Positions 1 to 5,059 of a DNA stretch of 10,299 nucleotides are shown here, in pieces. The position numbers and the translations under genes were made by a program. The DNA comes from an uncultured bacterium (lineage in GTDB: Bacteria; CAIJMQ01). The stretch covers positions 1 through 10,299 of the forward strand of contig CAZNJA010000049.1 in the NCBI GenBank assembly GCA_964573245.1. Reading direction: 5' to 3'. The stretch's first letter is position 1. Each line of letters starts with the position of its first letter. Under the pieces are notes generated by a model. The model was given only the letters and a program-made list of their open reading frames with translations, was not told the origin of the DNA and did not search any database.

Positions 1-1649
1 TCTATTTCATAACTCGAAAAACCCTTCCCGAATTTCCTAACGTCGATTATGGCTTGAGAGAACTCATCGGGAAGAACCTTTTTATAATTTTTTCCTATAG
101 CCGAAGAAGCTGGAATTCCCGTAATTTTCTGCGCTTTTTCGTTAAATATACGAATCTTGTCTTCTTTGTCCGTAACAATGACTGCATTCGCCAAATTTTT
201 TAAAATATTTTCCTGATAGAGTTTGGCTTGCTCAACCTGCGTGTAAAGACGCGCGTTTTCTATGGCGACACCCGCTTGACTGGCAAGAGTAAGCAAAAGG
301 TCTATATCTTCTTCCTTAAACATGTCTCCTGAAGATTTGCTCTTGAGAAAAATTATCCCCGTTAAAATATCTTCTCTAATTATCGGTATTGCTATCTCCG
401 CTTCGATTTGAGCAAGAGAATTTTTCATATCCTGAAATTGCTTGCCCTCACCCATACGTTCCAATTCATCTTTAATAACTACATCCTTTTTCTGTGTCAT
501 CCAAACAACAAGGGAGTCACCTTGAGAAAGCGTGATATTTTTATTGGAAAAATTTCCCAATAAGGACTTTGCCTTAAATTTACCTGCCTCGCGTAAATAG
601 ATAACACCACCGTCTATACCCACTACATCTGTTATATTCTTTAAAATATATTTTAACAACTTTGGCAGAGGCAAAACTCTATTTAATTCCCTACCCATTT
701 GTTTGAGAACTCTTTGATATTCATATTTTTTCTTGCCGAATATTTTATCAACTAAAGTTTGAATTTTTTCCCTTAATGGCAAAAATATAAATGTTACAAG
801 TAAAGCCGCAAAAACAGCGGAAAAGAAAAAAGTCTGATAACCAATAATCACTCTAAATACACGTTCTGCTAAAAGAACCCCCAACAACAGAACAGCAGTT
901 ACTGAACCCGTCAGAAGAGTATATATAGCAGTTTTTTTAATTACTAAAGTAATATCAAGAAGTCGATATCTAATAATTGAATAAGCAATAAAACCTGCAA
1001 TCATTACTGAAAAAACAGGACCGATAGCAATAAGTTGGGGGAATCCTAACGCTGGCATAATTGCGCAGGTAACTATAGCCAAAACAGTAACTGTAAGCAT
1101 TCCAGTAAAAATAATTTTCAACTGAATTGCTTCAATACCTGTTTTTATAATTTTCCATTTTTTGAACAAGTAAGTCGAACTTAACCCTACACCACCTATT
1201 ATATAGGCTACAAATAAAGGATAAAATAATCCCGGAATGGGACGAAAAGTTCCATTCGGTAAAACATACACATCTCTTTGAATCAACTTAGTAAAGGAAA
1301 AGAAAATCAAGAGCAAGCCCATAATAACGATACTATAATTCAAAAGGGGAAACCCATATTTTAATTTATTGCGGTCTGCAGGGGGTTTAGGAAAAACTAT
1401 GGAAAAATAAAGAAGAGGTATAGGGACCAAATTACCTGCCGCAAAACACCAATGCCCCCAAAAAACAACCCATTTTATATCTTTAGAGATGGTTACCAAT
1501 AAATTAAATAAACTCCAAACGGCAAAACTATATATAAGTAGTGAAAGCGTCTGATTAACTATCTTTTTAGGTTCTTTGGACAAAACATACGTTGCAATAA
1601 TCAAATTTGCCAAAGTAGAAATTATTAAACCTAAAACTTTTAAAGTCAT
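1..1649 (-). CDS. Membrane sensor protein (HisKA_7TM-like membrane region + GAF + PAS), probably a sensor histidine kinase; 3' end outside window
   Basis: Not in the ORF track. Manual translation from ATG at 1649 stays open to the window edge (about 549 codons): MTLKVLGLIISTLANLIIATYVLSKEPKKIVNQ..., multiple hydrophobic helices, 'IAYSIIRYRLLDI' (typical end of HisKA_7TM), GAF end 'IAIPIIREDILTGIIFL..KSSGDMFKEEDIDLLLTLASQAGVAIENARLY', PAS start 'ILKNLANAVIVTDKEDKIRIFNEKAQKITG'. The output domain is not visible. Confidence 0.88.
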   Translation of the reverse strand, partial: MTLKVLGLIISTLANLIIATYVLSKEPKKIVNQTLSLLIYSFAVWSLFNLLVTISKDIKWVVFWGHWCFAAGNLVPIPLLYFSIVFPKPPADRNKLKYGFPLLNYSIVIMGLLLIFFSFTKLIQRDVYVLPNGTFRPIPGLFYPLFVAYIIGGVGLSSTYLFKKWKIIKTGIEAIQLKIIFTGMLTVTVLAIVTCAIMPALGFPQLIAIGPVFSVMIAGFIAYSIIRYRLLDITLVIKKTAIYTLLTGSVTAVLLLGVLLAERVFRVIIGYQTFFFSAVFAALLVTFIFLPLREKIQTLVDKIFGKKKYEYQRVLKQMGRELNRVLPLPKLLKYILKNITDVVGIDGGVIYLREAGKFKAKSLLGNFSNKNITLSQGDSLVVWMTQKKDVVIKDELERMGEGKQFQDMKNSLAQIEAEIAIPIIREDILTGIIFLKSKSSGDMFKEEDIDLLLTLASQAGVAIENARLYTQVEQAKLYQENILKNLANAVIVTDKEDKIRIFNEKAQKITGIPASSAIGKNYKKVLPDEFSQAIIDVRKFGKGFSSYEI

Positions 1650-2899
1650 TTTAAAGTCCGGTTAAACCTTGAGACAATTAGACTTGCATTACTTCCACCA
1701 AAACCATGAGAATTAATAAGCACTGTGTTTACCTTATTCTTTCTCGCTTTATTGGGAACATAATCCAAATCACATTCATCGTCAAGAAACTCATAATTGA
1801 TAGTCGGAGGAATCAAACCATCTTTAATAGCCATTAACGAAGCAATTAATTGCATAGGTCCAGCTGATGCAAATGGATTCCCTGTCATTGATTTAATTGA
1901 ACTTATAGGGACATTATATGCATAATCACCAAAAACTTCTTTAATTGCAAATGTTTCAGCTCTATCCCTTATAATATCAGAGGGAGCATGAGCACAAATA
2001 TAATCTATATCTTCGGGTTTTAAAGAAGCCTGCCTCAAAACTTTAACCATCTCTTTAGTAAATCCGTTACCTCTTGCATCAGTTTCAAATAAACTCGAAG
2101 CTTCCGTACTTGAGCTATAACCTATTATTTCCCCGTATATAAAAGCATTTCTAATAAGAGCATGTTCTAATTCCTCCAAAATAACAATCCCTGCGCCTTC
2201 ACTTAAAACACCTCCGCTACGTCTCGCGTCAAAAGGTCGGCTTGTCTTAGCAGGATTTCCGTTATGCGAGGAAAGAATTCCTGCCATCCATAAAGTACCC
2301 AAGGTTAAAGGTGTTACAGCCCCATCCGTTCCCCCGGCAATCGCAATATCTACATCTCCTTTTTTTAATGAATGATAGGCAACGCCTACCGCATCTAAAC
2401 CAGCGGTACATCCTGTAGAAATGGTCGTAACTCGTTCACTACAACCCAATTCAACGGAAACTTCCGTAGCCGCAGAATTAGTAATAATAGCAGCAGAACT
2501 AAAAGGATTTACTCTCTGAATGCCCTTCTCTCGAAGATTGATATGTTCTCTCTCGGAAATGTCTCTTCCTCCTGCCGCTGACCCCATATATATTCTTATT
2601 CGTTTGTTAACTAAAGAGTTTTTCTCTATTTTAGCGTCTTTAGTAGCCATCTTTGCCGAAGCAACAGCAAAATGTGTAAATTTCCCTGTTCTTCTCACAG
2701 TTTTAAAATCCATATATTCAGAAGCGTCAAAATCCTTGATCTCACCTGCAATCTGAACAGGAAAAGAAGAAGTGTCAAACGAGGTAATTTTGTCAATGCC
2801 AGACTTGCCGTTTACAAGCGCTTCCCAGAAGGCATCTTTACCTATGCCGTTTGGAGCAACGACTCCAAGCCCTGTCATAACAATTCGCCTTTTACTCAT
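1646..2899 (-). CDS. Beta-ketoacyl synthase family protein (FabF/KS-alpha-like) with an atypical active site
   Basis: MSKRRIVMTGLGVVAPNGIG N-terminus, STGCTAGLDA catalytic Cys, PFDARRSGGVLSEGAG, YICAH, SSIKSMTGN, IPPTIN, NSHGFGGSNAS. The ATG at 2899 (417 aa) is preferred over the track's start at 2941, which falls inside the predicted promoter. Confidence 0.93.
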   Translation of the reverse strand: MSKRRIVMTGLGVVAPNGIGKDAFWEALVNGKSGIDKITSFDTSSFPVQIAGEIKDFDASEYMDFKTVRRTGKFTHFAVASAKMATKDAKIEKNSLVNKRIRIYMGSAAGGRDISEREHINLREKGIQRVNPFSSAAIITNSAATEVSVELGCSERVTTISTGCTAGLDAVGVAYHSLKKGDVDIAIAGGTDGAVTPLTLGTLWMAGILSSHNGNPAKTSRPFDARRSGGVLSEGAGIVILEELEHALIRNAFIYGEIIGYSSSTEASSLFETDARGNGFTKEMVKVLRQASLKPEDIDYICAHAPSDIIRDRAETFAIKEVFGDYAYNVPISSIKSMTGNPFASAGPMQLIASLMAIKDGLIPPTINYEFLDDECDLDYVPNKARKNKVNTVLINSHGFGGSNASLIVSRFNRTLK

Positions 2900-2921
2900 A
2901 TCGATTGGACAATTTTGTACG

Positions 2922-2950
2922 CTTATAACATAAATGAACAATTATGTCAA
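2922..2950 (-). promoter_or_regulatory. Sigma70-type promoter for the ketosynthase-sensor operon
   Basis: Minus strand TTGACA (2950-2945), 17 nt spacer, TATAAG (2927-2922), with an extended -10 TG (TGTTATAAG). Confidence 0.75.
2928..2947. promoter_or_regulatory. Imperfect palindrome (putative operator) covering the promoter spacer and part of the -35 box
   Basis: ACATAAATG-AA-CAATTATGT, arms match at 8 of 9 positions. Confidence 0.45.
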
Positions 2951-2987
2951 GGAATAGGTGTGGAGGAAGAAGAAAATGAGATATTTT

Positions 2988-4547
2988 TTACCGAGGAAAA
3001 TCCGAAAATAGACTTTTTATTGCGGGATAGTCCCTATTAACCATATTCTGAATAATCGTCTTTGTAGTGGTTATATAATCCTTCTCCAAAAGGTCGGCTA
3101 ACAGGAAATAATAATCAGGTATTGATGGTATCTGAAACTTCTTAGTTACTGCATCCACAAATTTTTGATATAGAGCCACAATAAATTCAAAACTAACATC
3201 TTCTACTCTTTTATCCATTATTTCATACTTAAAAGGAAAAGGAGGCCAATACTTAACAGGCATGAGATATTTTATGGGATAAACAATAAATTTTTCCACA
3301 AATTTATCGTCAAGGTATATTCCGTATTTCCCTGGGTTTCTACTCCATTCAGTATTAGGATATATACCTGCGGGTAAAGCCAAAAGCGAATTTAAATATG
3401 GGCTCAATTCATTAATCCTTCCTAATGTATTCTCCATGCTTTGCCTTGTCTCCCCCGGAATAGGAAAAATGAAACTGCCGACAGTATAAATACCCACTTT
3501 GTGGACTTTTGTAAGAGTATCTTTTATCTGTTTATATGTAATACCTTTTTTAAGTTTTACAAGATTTCCATCATCCAATGATTCTATCCCAAAAAATAAA
3601 GCCAAAAAACCTGCTTTTTTCAATAACTCAAAACTTTCGTGAGCATTAGAATCTACTCTGGAGAACCCACACAGCTTGATTCTCCCTTTTAATTTTGAAT
3701 TTAGTATCGCCTTTGAAAGTTCGGATAAGGAATTTTTCGGCGGGGTTGAATCTTCTATCCTAAAATGCGCAATATTACGTTCAAAGTGCAATTTCTCCAG
3801 TTCATCTATGACATTTTCTGTTTTCCTGACTTTATTAATCCTTCCGTAGTTCTCCGGCCTGATGCAAAACACACAATTATTAGGACAAGCTTGGTTCGAC
3901 AAAGTAATTGAATATATTGGTATTTTGTACCCTATATTTCCGTAGACACTTTCATCATATAACGCTATAGGATAATCGTCTACATTTATAGGAATTTTCC
4001 TGTTTTCTATTGTTTTCCCACTATCATATAGAATTAGGTTTGGAATGTCCTTAACATCCTTATTTAAAACTATCCCTTCGACAGCGTTGTAGCCGAGTCC
4101 CGTTACAAGCCCGTCTAAATTATTGTTAGATAATTTCAATACGTGTTCCTTGAACCAATCCACTTTCTGCCCTACTCCATATATTTTTATACCAGGATTT
4201 TCTTTCTTTACTAAATTCGCCAAATCTATAGAGAATTTAAACCCTGTTCCATGCCATAAATTCAAAAATATCACATCATAATTTTTCTCAAGAATACCTT
4301 TTGCTTCTTCTTCCAATCCAGATTCATACAATTCGTTAGTATCATAAAAAGATAATCTGCCCAAATTCTCCATATATTCCTTGCCGAAATCCATCAAATC
4401 TGAAAGATTGGCTCTGTCCACTATATTTACTCGTTTCCCGTGTTTTTTGATTATGGCAGCGATTCTTCCCAATCTTTCGTTAGGGAATAAATGTGAAATG
4501 TCGTCTAATTCACCCGAGAAATTATAAACTAAATACTTTTGCGACAT
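2988..4547 (-). CDS. B12-binding-domain radical SAM protein
   Basis: N-terminal cobalamin-binding-like segment (FPNERLGRIAAIIKKHGKRVNIVD), CxxxCxxC motif 'ACPNNCVFC', 'FRIEDS', 'FSRVD', 'LKKAGFLALFFGIES', 'GSFIFPIPGET'; 519 aa. Confidence 0.88.
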   Translation of the reverse strand: MSQKYLVYNFSGELDDISHLFPNERLGRIAAIIKKHGKRVNIVDRANLSDLMDFGKEYMENLGRLSFYDTNELYESGLEEEAKGILEKNYDVIFLNLWHGTGFKFSIDLANLVKKENPGIKIYGVGQKVDWFKEHVLKLSNNNLDGLVTGLGYNAVEGIVLNKDVKDIPNLILYDSGKTIENRKIPINVDDYPIALYDESVYGNIGYKIPIYSITLSNQACPNNCVFCIRPENYGRINKVRKTENVIDELEKLHFERNIAHFRIEDSTPPKNSLSELSKAILNSKLKGRIKLCGFSRVDSNAHESFELLKKAGFLALFFGIESLDDGNLVKLKKGITYKQIKDTLTKVHKVGIYTVGSFIFPIPGETRQSMENTLGRINELSPYLNSLLALPAGIYPNTEWSRNPGKYGIYLDDKFVEKFIVYPIKYLMPVKYWPPFPFKYEIMDKRVEDVSFEFIVALYQKFVDAVTKKFQIPSIPDYYFLLADLLEKDYITTTKTIIQNMVNRDYPAIKSLFSDFPR

Positions 4548-4598
4548 TTATTGTTTGGTTTGGTTATTTGCTTGATACGAAAAGTTCACACAACCTAT

Positions 4599-4614
4599 TG
4601 CACATTTTTGTGCA
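4599..4614. promoter_or_regulatory. Perfect inverted repeat upstream of the radical SAM gene (possible regulator site)
   Basis: TGCACA-TTTT-TGTGCA, about 50 bp upstream of the ATG at 4547. Confidence 0.35.
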
Positions 4615-4661
4615 TCTGCCCCACCAGACGTGATACAGGCGCATTCATACAGAGGTGCCGG

Positions 4662-4734
4662 TGGCGAGACCCAGAATCGAACTGGGGACGCCAGGATTTT
4701 CAGTCCTGCGCTCTACCGACTGAGCTATCTCGCC
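4662..4734 (-). tRNA. tRNA-Phe (GAA)
   Basis: GGCGAGA TAGCTCAGTCGGTAGAGC G CAGGA CTGAAAA TCCTG GCGTC CCCAG TTCGATT CTGGG TCTCGCC A. Full cloverleaf, followed by CCG rather than CCA. Confidence 0.97.
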
Positions 4735-4768
4735 GTCTAGAAAACGTTCAACCAACTAACGGTGTTCG

Positions 4769-4793
4769 CCCGCCTGCTTGCGAAGCGGGCAGG
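4769..4793. repeat. GC-rich REP-like palindrome flanked by CGGTGTTCG direct repeats
   Basis: CCCGCCTGCTT-GCG-AAGCGGGCAGG hairpin (11-position stem with one mismatch and one G-T pair). CGGTGTTCG occurs at 4760-4768 and 4799-4807. Confidence 0.55.
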
Positions 4794-4878
4794 GTTATCG
4801 GTGTTCGTAAAAAGATCTTTCCGCAAACCGAAAACCGTTTTATCTTTACGATAACCGTTATTTTATATTATATCAAAC

Positions 4879-4955
4879 TGGCGCGCCTGGCAGGAATTGA
4901 ACCTGCAACCTACGGATTAGAAATCCGTTGCTCTATCCGATTGAGCTACAGGCGC
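4879..4955 (-). tRNA. tRNA-Arg (TCT)
   Basis: GCGCCTG TAGCTCAATCGGATAGAGC A ACGGA TTTCTAA TCCGT AGGTT GCAGG TTCAATT CCTGC CAGGCGC G CCA. CCA is encoded. Confidence 0.97.
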
Positions 4956-4970
4956 ATTGCACAGGTGAGG

Positions 4971-4999
4971 ATTTTAAAACAAAATTCCTAATATTTCAA
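4971..4999 (-). promoter_or_regulatory. Sigma70-type promoter of the tRNA-Arg/tRNA-Phe unit
   Basis: Minus strand TTGAAA (4999-4994), 17 nt spacer, TAAAAT (4976-4971), 15 nt upstream of tRNA-Arg. Confidence 0.7.
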
Positions 5000-5059
5000 A
5001 TTATTGCAGACGGATGAGAAAACTTATAAAAAAGGGAATTAATTGGAAAGTTATATTTT

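Noticed and set aside
1646-2899. Assigning the symbol fabF or calling a type II PKS cluster
   Set aside because: The active site is non-canonical, and no acpP/fabG or CLF/ACP neighbours are present in the window.
2900-2941. 14-aa N-terminal extension of the ketosynthase in the ORF track
   Set aside because: The non-ATG start lies inside the predicted promoter, and family similarity begins at MSKRRIVMTG (2899).
2520-3040. Plus-strand ORFs 2520-2756 and 2672-3040
   Set aside because: They are antisense shadows of the well-supported ketosynthase gene and have no recognisable motifs.
4867-4875. TGATATAAT extended -10 just downstream of tRNA-Arg (minus strand)
   Set aside because: It has no convincing -35, lies in an AT-rich stretch, and the upstream promoter already explains tRNA transcription. 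It remains possible but unsupported.
4539-4991. 150-aa plus-strand ORF
   Set aside because: It is antisense to two tRNA genes. Peptides such as WRDPESNWG and LAGIEPATYGLEIRCS are typical tRNA shadow translations.
4548-4999. tRNA-anchored integrative element or CRISPR array
   Set aside because: No integrase, no duplicated tRNA 3' end and no regularly spaced repeat-spacer pattern were seen in the window.
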